Shown here: positions 9,898 to 18,708 of the stretch, in pieces
How the letters are laid out: the number at the start of each line of letters is the position of its first letter
Numbering within the stretch: position 1 is the first letter of the stretch
Source: Patescibacteria group bacterium
GTDB taxonomy: Bacteria; Patescibacteriota; Minisyncoccia; UBA6257; 2-01-FULL-56-20
Assembly (NCBI GenBank): GCA_024654525.1
Contig: JANLHI010000032.1
Span: forward strand, 172 to 64,171
Length of the DNA: 64,000 bases
Direction of reading: 5' to 3'
Translations under genes and position numbers: made by a program
The notes under the pieces: model-generated
Database searches by the model: none
The model's input: the letters and a program-made list of their open reading frames with translations, nothing else
What the model was told of the DNA's origin: nothing

Positions 9898-12285
9898 ATG
9901 GAAACACCTACATCAAAAATCAACACTCCCACTATCTTTGTCATCTTCGGTGTTACCGGAGATCTTGCGGCAAAGAAAATCATCCCTTCCCTGTGGCATC
10001 TTTTCCAACAAAAACGATTACCGGATAAACTTTCCATTATAGGATTTTCCCGTAAAGGGATGGGCAGTGCAGAATTCCATGCTTTATTACGAGAGATACT
10101 CTTGAAGCGTGGCGGAGAAAATACAGACGAAAAAAATATTACTGATTTCTTCAAATTTTTCACATATCACGCAGGAACATTTGAGGATGAAAAGGCGTTT
10201 CATACACTCTCTCAACGCATTGCGGAAACGGAACAGGCGTGGGGAGTATGTACTAATAAACTTTTTTATCTCGCAGTGCCACCCTCATCCTTTTCCCCTA
10301 TTCTTAAAAACCTTGCGACCGCGAAACTCAATATACCTTGTGGGGGAGACCTTGGATGGAGTCGCGTGCTTGTTGAGAAACCTTTCGGGGTAAATTTGCA
10401 AACCGCATCCGAGCTTCAAGCACTTCTCGCATTGTATTTCAAGGAAGAACAAATTTACCGTATAGACCATTACTTCTTCAAAGAAATCGTGCAGGGAATA
10501 AAAAACTTCCGTTTTTCCAATAATCTCTTCGAGAATATATGGGACAACACCACCATTGAACGTATTGATATTCGACTACTCGAATCCGTTGGCGTGGAGG
10601 AGCGCGGGAACTTTTACGATTCGGTGGGAACCCTTCGCGATGTAGGACAAAACCATATTCTTGCCATGCTTGCTGCACTCACTATGGAATATCCGGAAAA
10701 TGCAACCGCTCATTCCATCCAAAAAAGCCGTGCGAATGTTTTAGAATTCCTTGCGCCATGGACAGATACCACACTCCAACAAAACACATATCGCGCTCGC
10801 TATCACGGATATACCGATATTCAAGGAGTCGCCCCAAATTCGGAAGTTGAAACTTACTTTGCACTCGCCACTCACCTCCTTCACTCCCGATGGAAGGGAA
10901 TTCCTATATTTATGGAGGCCGGGAAACGCATGTCTGAAGCACGAAAGGAGATGATACTTACCCTCAAGCATCCAGAGAAATGTTTTCTTTGCGAAACCAC
11001 AAAATCACATGCACCAAACCGTATCGTGTTTCGTCTCGAACCAAACGATGAAATTGTAATTCATTTTTGGACAAAAAAACCCGGTTTCGAACAAATTCTT
11101 GAAGAACGCACATTTTCATTTTTCCTTTATGAGAAAAGGGTGAAGATGCAATATGTCGAGGAATATGCAAATATTCTCCACGCTACCATGGAAGGGAACC
11201 AGGCCTTCTTTATCTCACCCGATGAAATTACGGCATCATGGAAATTTACAGATCCGATTATTGATAACTGGAAAAAAAATATTGTGCCACTTATGGAGTA
11301 CGAGCCCGACACCACTCCCGAAGCGGAAAATCTTCGTGAAAAAAATAACACTGCACACAAAGAAGCGAAGGGGGTGATAGGAATCATTGGACTGGGAAAA
11401 ATGGGAGCAAACCTTGCACGACGACTCCATGAGAAGCAATGGGATGTCGTGGGATTCAATAGAACTTCAGACTCCACTAAAAACCTTGTACGCGAAGGGA
11501 TCATAGGCGCTTACTCGTTGCAAGAGTTTGTAAACGCATTGCCAAGTCCCCGCACAATATGGCTTATGGCTCCCCATCAAGTAGTAGACACAATACTTGC
11601 CAACCTTACTCCTCTACTCCAAGAAAGCGATGTGATACTGGATGGCGGAAATTCTCCCTATAAGAGCTCAATCCAACGAGAGAAAAATCTTTCCCAAAAA
11701 AATATTTCCTTTCTTGATGTCGGCGTCTCGGGAGGTCCCGAAGGAGCAAGAAACGGCGCGTGTCTTATGATAGGAGGTGAAAGAGCACTCTATGAGAAAT
11801 ACGAACCGCTCTTCAGAGATTTATCAGTCGAGAAAGGATACGGTTATATGGGAAAATCCGGTGCGGGACATTTTGTAAAAATGGTCCATAACGGTATTGA
11901 ATACGGCATGATGCAGGCAATCGGTGAAGGATTTGAGGTGATGAAAAAATCCCCGTTTTCTCTTAACCTTCACTCCATCGCAGAACTCTATAATCACGGT
12001 TCAGTAATCACTTCCCGCCTCGTACAATGGCTTGCCAACGCATATGAAAAATTCAGCGATGAATTGGATACTGATGAGTGTTGCTCGGGAAAAGTCTCTC
12101 ATAGCGGCGAGGGGCAATGGACCGTGGATGCCGCAAAAGAATTTGGTGTGCCGGTTGCCATCATCGAAGGCGCGCTTGAATTCAGGAAACAATCACAAGA
12201 GAATCCTTCCTATACCGGAAAAGTCGTATCGGCATTGCGCCATGAGTTTGGCGGGCACGATACGAGTGACACCACATCACACTAG
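9898..12285 (+). CDS. zwf-gnd: Fused glucose-6-phosphate dehydrogenase / decarboxylating 6-phosphogluconate dehydrogenase
   Basis: N-terminal half: IFGVTGDLA, EKPFG, RIDHY, RDVGQNH. C-terminal half: IIGLGKMG, LDGGNS, VSGG, GHFVKMVHNGIEYG. One continuous ORF. Confidence 0.92.
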   Translation: METPTSKINTPTIFVIFGVTGDLAAKKIIPSLWHLFQQKRLPDKLSIIGFSRKGMGSAEFHALLREILLKRGGENTDEKNITDFFKFFTYHAGTFEDEKAFHTLSQRIAETEQAWGVCTNKLFYLAVPPSSFSPILKNLATAKLNIPCGGDLGWSRVLVEKPFGVNLQTASELQALLALYFKEEQIYRIDHYFFKEIVQGIKNFRFSNNLFENIWDNTTIERIDIRLLESVGVEERGNFYDSVGTLRDVGQNHILAMLAALTMEYPENATAHSIQKSRANVLEFLAPWTDTTLQQNTYRARYHGYTDIQGVAPNSEVETYFALATHLLHSRWKGIPIFMEAGKRMSEARKEMILTLKHPEKCFLCETTKSHAPNRIVFRLEPNDEIVIHFWTKKPGFEQILEERTFSFFLYEKRVKMQYVEEYANILHATMEGNQAFFISPDEITASWKFTDPIIDNWKKNIVPLMEYEPDTTPEAENLREKNNTAHKEAKGVIGIIGLGKMGANLARRLHEKQWDVVGFNRTSDSTKNLVREGIIGAYSLQEFVNALPSPRTIWLMAPHQVVDTILANLTPLLQESDVILDGGNSPYKSSIQREKNLSQKNISFLDVGVSGGPEGARNGACLMIGGERALYEKYEPLFRDLSVEKGYGYMGKSGAGHFVKMVHNGIEYGMMQAIGEGFEVMKKSPFSLNLHSIAELYNHGSVITSRLVQWLANAYEKFSDELDTDECCSGKVSHSGEGQWTVDAAKEFGVPVAIIEGALEFRKQSQENPSYTGKVVSALRHEFGGHDTSDTTSH

Positions 12286-12297
12286 ACCTACATAAAG

Positions 12298-13068
12298 ATG
12301 AAGCTTATTTCCCTCAACACATGGGGTGGCAAAGCATATGCGCCACTCATGCAGTTTATAAAAGAGCACGCCCCGACCACGGATATATTTTGCTTTCAGG
12401 AAATACTTTCCTCACCGGCACCGCAACGCGAGAGTCATGGAGCGCGCACGAATCTTTATGGTGAATTGGCGGAAGTCTTACCAAATTTCCAAAAATTCTT
12501 TACCGCGGAACAGAGCGGATACGACCTCGACGAACCCGTCGACTTCCCCATCTCCTATGGACAAGCTACGTTTATAAAAAACTCCGTTCACGTTCTCTCT
12601 ACCGAGGAAGTGTTCGTGTACCGCGACCGCAACAGTGCCCTCGATGTCAAAACATTTCCCGCAAGCATCCTCTGCACGCGAATCGCGCAAGAAGAGAAAA
12701 CCTATTCCATTATGAACATGCACGGCATAGCGCATCCGGAACACCACGACACCCCCGATAGACTGATGCAATCCGAGAAAATTCTGCGCTTTCTCGAAAA
12801 GGAAGAGGGAATCAAACTCCTCTGCGGAGACTTTAACCTCCGCCCCGAAACACTAAGCCTCGCATTGATTGAAAAAACCTTGCTTAATCTGAACAAAAAA
12901 TTCAACATACCACAAACCCGTAGCATTCTCTCGCCGTACTTTGGCAAGAAAAATTTCGACCCAACTGTGGACTATATCCTCGTCTCCCCCGAAGTAGAAA
13001 CCGAACAACTTGAAGTGCCCGATGTACAAATCTCCGATCATTTGCCTCTTATCCTCGAATTCAGTTAA
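12298..13068 (+). CDS. Endonuclease/exonuclease/phosphatase (EEP) family protein
   Basis: SLN, DIFCFQE, LCGDFN, VDYILVS, ISDHLPL. Confidence 0.92.
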   Translation: MKLISLNTWGGKAYAPLMQFIKEHAPTTDIFCFQEILSSPAPQRESHGARTNLYGELAEVLPNFQKFFTAEQSGYDLDEPVDFPISYGQATFIKNSVHVLSTEEVFVYRDRNSALDVKTFPASILCTRIAQEEKTYSIMNMHGIAHPEHHDTPDRLMQSEKILRFLEKEEGIKLLCGDFNLRPETLSLALIEKTLLNLNKKFNIPQTRSILSPYFGKKNFDPTVDYILVSPEVETEQLEVPDVQISDHLPLILEFS

Positions 13069-13141
13069 TATAGTGGCACACGCGCTTAGGGTCGACGTTG
13101 CAGTCGGCCTCCCAACTTGAAAACGTCGGGACTCAGCCAAT

Positions 13142-13408
13142 ATGAAAGGGTTTGTATATATCCTAGAATCTCTGCATGATAAAAGATTTTATATTGGAAG
13201 TACCTCTAATCTTTCGGAAAGAGTAAAACATCATCAAGGTGGGTTTACTCCAAGTACTCACAGAATGGGAGAAATCGCGCTTGTATTTTCCCAAGAATTC
13301 CCTACGCTTGAAGAAGCTCTTAAAATAGAGCAGAAACTTAAGCGTTTAAAAAGACGAGATTATATTGAGAAAATAATCCGAGAAGGAAAGATTAAAATGC
13401 GCGCTTAG
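13142..13408 (+). CDS. Small stand-alone GIY-YIG nuclease family protein
   Basis: FVYIL...FYIGST..L.ER..HH, EALKIEQKLK. Its stop codon lies inside tRNA-Val. Confidence 0.9.
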   Translation: MKGFVYILESLHDKRFYIGSTSNLSERVKHHQGGFTPSTHRMGEIALVFSQEFPTLEEALKIEQKLKRLKRRDYIEKIIREGKIKMRA

Positions 13409-13470
13409 CTCAGTGGTAGAGCGACTCGTTTACACCGAGTAGGCCGGGGGTTCGATCCCCTCAGCGCGCA
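13399..13470 (+). tRNA. tRNA-Val(TAC)
   Basis: gcgcgct/agcgcgc acceptor stem, actcg-TTTACAC-cgagt. CCA not encoded. Confidence 0.95.
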
Positions 13471-13471
13471 C

Positions 13472-14155
13472 ATGGAACTTAAAGACAAGGTGATAGTAAT
13501 CACAGGAGGAAGTAGTGGACTTGGAGAAGTAATGGCGCAAGCCTTCATAAAAGAAGGCTCAAAAATGGTCATAAGTTCACGCTCGGAAAAAAAATTAAAA
13601 GAAGTCTCCCAAAAGATAAAGGTGGAATCTTTCGTTGCGGATGTAACGGACGAAAAACAAGTAAATAACCTGAGAGATTTTGCCGTTCAGAAGTTTGGGC
13701 GAATTGATATTTGGATCAATAACGCCGGAATCTGGATACCGTACAGACCCATAGAACAAATGGATTCCCGAAGAGTTCATGCGATGTTTGAAGTAAATGT
13801 GTTCGGAGCCATGTACGGCTCGAAGACCGCACTCATCCAAATGCGCGCACAGCACTCCGGAACAATAATGAACATTCTTTCTACGAGCGCCCTGGAGGGA
13901 CGGCTGAACTCTTCGGGGTATAGTGCAAGTAAATTTGCGGCAAACGGATTCACCAAATCACTGCGTCTTGAAGCGAAACCGGATGGTATATCGGTTATAG
14001 CGGTTTTTCCCGGCGGGATGAAAACTCATTTCTTCGACGAGAAAAAACCCGCGGACTTTGACGCGTTTATGGACCCGACTTTCGTGGCGGAAAAAATCAT
14101 AGAAAATCTCAAATACTCCGCCCCCGAAGAAGAACTCGTTATTAAGAGAAAGTAG
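13472..14155 (+). CDS. Short-chain dehydrogenase/reductase
   Basis: TGGSSGLG, NNAG, YSASK. Confidence 0.93.
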   Translation: MELKDKVIVITGGSSGLGEVMAQAFIKEGSKMVISSRSEKKLKEVSQKIKVESFVADVTDEKQVNNLRDFAVQKFGRIDIWINNAGIWIPYRPIEQMDSRRVHAMFEVNVFGAMYGSKTALIQMRAQHSGTIMNILSTSALEGRLNSSGYSASKFAANGFTKSLRLEAKPDGISVIAVFPGGMKTHFFDEKKPADFDAFMDPTFVAEKIIENLKYSAPEEELVIKRK

Positions 14156-14182
14156 TTCTCTTAATAAAAAGAAGTTGGAATC

Positions 14183-14743
14183 CTACTTTATTACGTTTAA
14201 AAAATTGTGGAATACCTCACTACCACACGTTTTCTCCACAAACATTTCAGGGTGAAACTGCACCCCATATATCGGACGTGTTTTGTGCTTGATAGCCTCT
14301 ACTCCGTCTTTAGAACGCGCCAATACCATCAAATCCTCGGCTGGTTCTTTTACAACCCAGCGATGGCTTTCAAAAACCTGGAAGTTCTGGATATTCAAAA
14401 ATAATTCATCCGGCACGACTACTTGAATATCAAGAATACCACGCTCTTTATTTTGCATAAGTTCAAGTTTCGCTCCAAACGCACGCGCAACCACCTCAAA
14501 ACCAAAACAAATTCCAAAAATAGGCTTTTTAGAATCTATAACAAGGCTTATTTCCTTTTGAAGCCGTTCTTCATTCCCACTCACAGGAAAACCATGCCCA
14601 CCAGAAAGAACGACGGCATCAAAATCATCGGCGTCAATAGAATCTATTTCGGAATATTTAATCGCCCGAGAAAGGCTACCAATCAAAAGATTTTCCAGTT
14701 GAGGCAAATAACTTGTACCATTGTCCACTATTAAAACTTTCAT
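14183..14743 (-). CDS. Class I glutamine amidotransferase (GuaA N-terminal-like)
   Basis: LSGG, FGICFG, YGVQFHPE. Confidence 0.9.
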   Translation of the reverse strand: MKVLIVDNGTSYLPQLENLLIGSLSRAIKYSEIDSIDADDFDAVVLSGGHGFPVSGNEERLQKEISLVIDSKKPIFGICFGFEVVARAFGAKLELMQNKERGILDIQVVVPDELFLNIQNFQVFESHRWVVKEPAEDLMVLARSKDGVEAIKHKTRPIYGVQFHPEMFVEKTCGSEVFHNFLNVIK

Positions 14744-14751
14744 AAAAAAAC

Positions 14752-15561
14752 TTAGTTCTCGTTCAACGTATAGAAATTCTCAAAAAGTTTCGCTACAAGA
14801 ATTGGCCCAGTACCTCCCGGTGTGGGTGTATACACTAACTTTTCTGCTTTCTCATCCGTAGAATCAAAATCCCCGAAAATTTTCCCGTCTACAAAATCAT
14901 ATCCAAAATCAATTACCAAGGCATTCTCTTTGAGCATCCTTCCAGTAAATAACTTTGCCTTCCCTACACCGGAAATCACTACATCACAATTTTTGAGTAT
15001 GGAAAAATCCGTCCCACGCCCCAATACATACAACTCGCTCACTTTCCGCATAAGCCACACCGCAATGGGTTTCCCCACCAAAATTCCCGCACCTATCACG
15101 GCGATTTTTTTACCTTTTAGTTCGAATATGGTGCGAGAAAGGATTTCCTCAACGGTTGCCACCGCAGGATGCAATACTTTTGCGCGGTTGTTGTAGTGCG
15201 CACCGAGCGTTCGCTCGCTTAAACAGTCGGGGTCTTTTTCCGGTGGAATCGCGTTCACGATATAGGTGGCGTTCAACGGCTCCGGTATCGGCAATTGTAC
15301 AATCGCACCGCCGCATGTTTTCCCCGAGGCTATTTTCCCCACTTCCTCCCGCAACGCATCATTCCCCAACCTCGAGTCGAGTTTGTAAATACGATAGTCA
15401 ATTCCCAATCCTTTCGCGGTACTCTGCTTTAGTTTCTGAAAACTCTCGGACGCAGGATCATCACCAATCAAAACTCCCGCGAAGAACTTCTTCGGCTTCG
15501 GTTTTTCTTTGAGCCGCGCAAGAATTTCCGCGCTTATTTTTTTGCCGTCAATGACAACCAT
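14752..15561 (-). CDS. folD: Methylenetetrahydrofolate dehydrogenase/cyclohydrolase
   Basis: IDGK, IVQLP, EKDPD, VGKP, TPTPGGTGP. Confidence 0.92.
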   Translation of the reverse strand: MVVIDGKKISAEILARLKEKPKPKKFFAGVLIGDDPASESFQKLKQSTAKGLGIDYRIYKLDSRLGNDALREEVGKIASGKTCGGAIVQLPIPEPLNATYIVNAIPPEKDPDCLSERTLGAHYNNRAKVLHPAVATVEEILSRTIFELKGKKIAVIGAGILVGKPIAVWLMRKVSELYVLGRGTDFSILKNCDVVISGVGKAKLFTGRMLKENALVIDFGYDFVDGKIFGDFDSTDEKAEKLVYTPTPGGTGPILVAKLFENFYTLNEN

Positions 15562-15639
15562 AACAAGTAGAATGTAGTATGTAGAATGTAGAAAAAAATA
15601 CAAGTATACACACCGAGCCCCGTTTCTCTCTACTATACT

Positions 15640-16968
15640 CTATGCATCAATCCCCGGTACCGGAAATTTGCTCGCAAGTGCATTTACCCGCTCACGGATT
15701 TTTTTCACCACCTCATTCTCCTCAAGCGCTTTTGTAAAGTCTTTTACTGCCTGCGAACGCTTTTCCTTTTCCTCTGGAAGAGGCACATTCGCAAATGTTT
15801 TCACAATTTCTGCAATCCATGTCCCGATAACTTCCATTTCCTTTTCCTTCATGCCGCGCGTGGTGAGCGCCGGAGTTCCCAAGCGAATCCCCGAGGGATA
15901 AAAGGGAACCGAGGGGTCATTTGGCACCGTGGTAAAATTTACATTAATTTCTGCCGCTTCAAGCGCCTTTGTTACAAACACTCCTCGACCCGGTCCGAAA
16001 GGACGCAAATCGATAAGCATAAGATGCGTTTCGGTACCGCCCGACACCAACTTCAACCCTTGTGAGAGAAGCGTCTGTGCAAGCACTGAAGCATTTTTAA
16101 CCACTTGTGCCGCATACTCTTTAAACTCCGGTCTTAATGCTTCCCCCAATGTCACCGCAACCCCGGCAATTGTGTGTTCGTGCGGACCTCCCTGCATGCC
16201 GGGGAATACCGCCTTATCAATTTTCTCTCTGAACTCTTCCTTACAAAAAATCATCGCGCCTCGGGGCCCGCGAAGCGTCTTATGCGTCGTCGTGGTCACT
16301 ACATCAGCAAAAGGAAATGGCGAAGGGTGTGATCCTCCGATTACCAGTCCTGAAATATGAGAAATATCCGCCATGGAAATAGCGCCAACGGATTTTGCAA
16401 TCGCCGCCATTTTTTCGAAATCCACCTTGCGCGGATAAGCGGTAAATCCCGAAAGAATAAGCTGTGGTTTACACTCCTCTGCAAGCTTTTGGATCGCCTC
16501 ATAATCCAGAACTTCCGTTTCCGCGTTCAAGGGGTAAAACACAAAGGAAAACAACTTTCCTGAAGCGTTTACCGGCGACCCATGGGTGAGGTGTCCGCCC
16601 TGATCAAGCCGGAGAGACATGATGGTATCCCCCGGTTTTAAGAGTCCGAGATATACCGCAAGATTTGCGGGACTCCCCGAGTAAGGTTGCACATTTACAT
16701 GATATCCTTCCGCTCCGAAAGCCTTAATCGCACGAGTCTGACACAAACGTTCCACCTCATCTATATGAATATTCCCGCTATAGTAGCGTCGCCCAGGATA
16801 CCCTTCGGCATATTTATCGTTCAAGATACTCCCCGCCGCTTCAAGCGATGCGGCGGACGCATAGTTCTCCGAAGGAATCATCTCAAGTCCTTCTTTTTGC
16901 CTCTTTTTTTCCCGCTCTATAATAGCGTCAACCTCCGGATCTTGAGAGCTCAACGAGTGTTTGATCAT
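15640..16968 (-). CDS. glyA: Serine hydroxymethyltransferase
   Basis: IPSENY, KYAEGYPGRRYY, GGHLTHG, TTTTHKTLRGPRG. Confidence 0.98.
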   Translation of the reverse strand: MIKHSLSSQDPEVDAIIEREKKRQKEGLEMIPSENYASAASLEAAGSILNDKYAEGYPGRRYYSGNIHIDEVERLCQTRAIKAFGAEGYHVNVQPYSGSPANLAVYLGLLKPGDTIMSLRLDQGGHLTHGSPVNASGKLFSFVFYPLNAETEVLDYEAIQKLAEECKPQLILSGFTAYPRKVDFEKMAAIAKSVGAISMADISHISGLVIGGSHPSPFPFADVVTTTTHKTLRGPRGAMIFCKEEFREKIDKAVFPGMQGGPHEHTIAGVAVTLGEALRPEFKEYAAQVVKNASVLAQTLLSQGLKLVSGGTETHLMLIDLRPFGPGRGVFVTKALEAAEINVNFTTVPNDPSVPFYPSGIRLGTPALTTRGMKEKEMEVIGTWIAEIVKTFANVPLPEEKEKRSQAVKDFTKALEENEVVKKIRERVNALASKFPVPGIDA

Positions 16969-17024
16969 GCCTGTAGCATATCAAGACATTGCGCGATTTC
17001 CAAGCCCGCGATAGAATTATTTCC

Positions 17025-17618
17025 ATGATTTTATCCGACAGAGATATTAAGAAAAATCTTGAATCTGGCAGAATAACCGTAGATCCTCTTTTCCCTGATT
17101 CCATCCAGCCGGCATCGGTGGATTTACACCTCGGTCCCGACTTTTTGTTCTTTATTACCGATGAACATGTATGTATTGATCTCAAAGAACCGATAGATTA
17201 TATGATGAAAAGCGTGACGATTGACGAGACCAAACAATTCATCCTTCACCCGGGTCAGTTCGCCCTCGGCATGACCTACGAAGTTGTCGGCGTCGCAAAT
17301 GACATGGTGGGACGCCTTGAAGGGAAATCTTCTCTCGGGCGCGTAGGATTAATTATTCACGCCACTGCAGGATATATTGATCCGGGAAATAAGTTAAAGA
17401 TAACTCTCGAACTTCACAACATTTCAAGTTTGCCAATCAAACTGTATTATAAAATGCCCATTGCGCAGATTTCTTTTTCCCCCCTTTCTTCCGAAGCGGA
17501 TGCGCCCTACGGCAACAAAACACTGGATAGTAAATATTATGGAGCCATGAAACCTCAGGCAAGCCAGTATTGGAAAAATTTCAAAAATAAAAACTCGTGG
17601 TTGCATTTCGGCGAATGA
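17025..17618 (+). CDS. dcd: dCTP deaminase
   Basis: MILSDRDI, IQPASVDLHL, EGKSSLGRVGL, AGYIDPG, ITLEL. Confidence 0.95.
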   Translation: MILSDRDIKKNLESGRITVDPLFPDSIQPASVDLHLGPDFLFFITDEHVCIDLKEPIDYMMKSVTIDETKQFILHPGQFALGMTYEVVGVANDMVGRLEGKSSLGRVGLIIHATAGYIDPGNKLKITLELHNISSLPIKLYYKMPIAQISFSPLSSEADAPYGNKTLDSKYYGAMKPQASQYWKNFKNKNSWLHFGE

Positions 17619-18040
17619 AAATAAGAATCTCTCGCATTGATAAAGATTTACCATTGCCTGAATATAAAACCGAGGGGGCGGTGGCGTTCGACTTCTACTC
17701 TCGGACAGACATATCACTGGCACCACACGAGAAAAAAATAGCACCTTCCAATTTTATTATTGAAGTGCCAAAGGGACACGCACTCATTGTCGCGGCGCGC
17801 TCCGGGACCCCAAAAAAAGGGATAATGCTTGCGAATAATATCGGCATCATCGATGAGGATTATCACGGGCCCGAAGATGAAATCGGAATTTGGGTGTGGA
17901 ACATGACGGATGCACCAATTGAAATAACGCGTGGCGACAGAATCGCACAAGGTCTTATTGTGCCTATCATCCGCGCTGAATGGGAAGAAGTGGCGCAAAT
18001 AAAAGAATCCTCACGAGGAGGATTTGGGACTACGGGATAA
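17615..18040 (+). CDS. dut: dUTPase
   Basis: AFDF, ARSG, GIIDEDYHG, GDRIAQ, RGGFGTTG. Confidence 0.95.
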   Translation: MKIRISRIDKDLPLPEYKTEGAVAFDFYSRTDISLAPHEKKIAPSNFIIEVPKGHALIVAARSGTPKKGIMLANNIGIIDEDYHGPEDEIGIWVWNMTDAPIEITRGDRIAQGLIVPIIRAEWEEVAQIKESSRGGFGTTG

Positions 18041-18048
18041 AGACTAGG

Positions 18049-18498
18049 CTATTCCCCTGTACTATAAAATTTTCCATCGCGGTACCGTGCGAGTACTCGT
18101 TCACTGCAAAAGAAAATCGGGGATGGTAAATTATCCAAAGAAAACCAACACCATTCGGTAATTTCGTCGGGCTCTCGCACTTCCGGCTCACCGGAACTGT
18201 TTTCACACAGAAGCCCAATGGTGACGAAATGCGCATCGCTCACTCTGTCGTTCGCCACGCTTATTACCTTCGTGTCTTCCTTCTTTGCCATAATTCCCGT
18301 TTCTTCTTCAAGCTCCCGCACTGCCGCATCTTCAAAACTTTCTCCAAAATCAACTTTGCCACCGGGCATCGTCCACGTACCCTCGCCATGCAACTCCGAA
18401 TCAGCAGTATTGGGATTTTCACTCCTACGTCCCAAAAGAACCTTTCCCTCCCGAAGAATCATGACCCCCACCCCTACGCCGATTTTTAGCTTATCCAT
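18049..18498 (-). CDS. NUDIX hydrolase (NUDT15/MutT-like)
   Basis: Nudix box PGGKVDFGESFEDAAVRELEEETGI. Confidence 0.92.
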   Translation of the reverse strand: MDKLKIGVGVGVMILREGKVLLGRRSENPNTADSELHGEGTWTMPGGKVDFGESFEDAAVRELEEETGIMAKKEDTKVISVANDRVSDAHFVTIGLLCENSSGEPEVREPDEITEWCWFSLDNLPSPIFFCSERVLARYRDGKFYSTGE

Positions 18499-18572
18499 GG
18501 GGTGCCCAACGGGATTCGAACCCGTGATGAGAGTTCCACAAACTCTAGTGTTGCCGCTACACTATGGGCACC
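18498..18572 (-). tRNA. tRNA-His(GTG)
   Basis: G-1 with C discriminator, agagt-TTGTGGA-actct, encoded CCA. Confidence 0.95.
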
Positions 18573-18708
18573 ATGCGCAGACCAGTGTAGATAACTTTTG
18601 AATTATTCGCAACTCCGCTTGTTTTTAAGCTATTTTTTCTTTATGCTTATCATGTTTCTCTACAATTAAATTTGTGTCTATACGGCACACATCATAATAA
18701 ATAATCAT

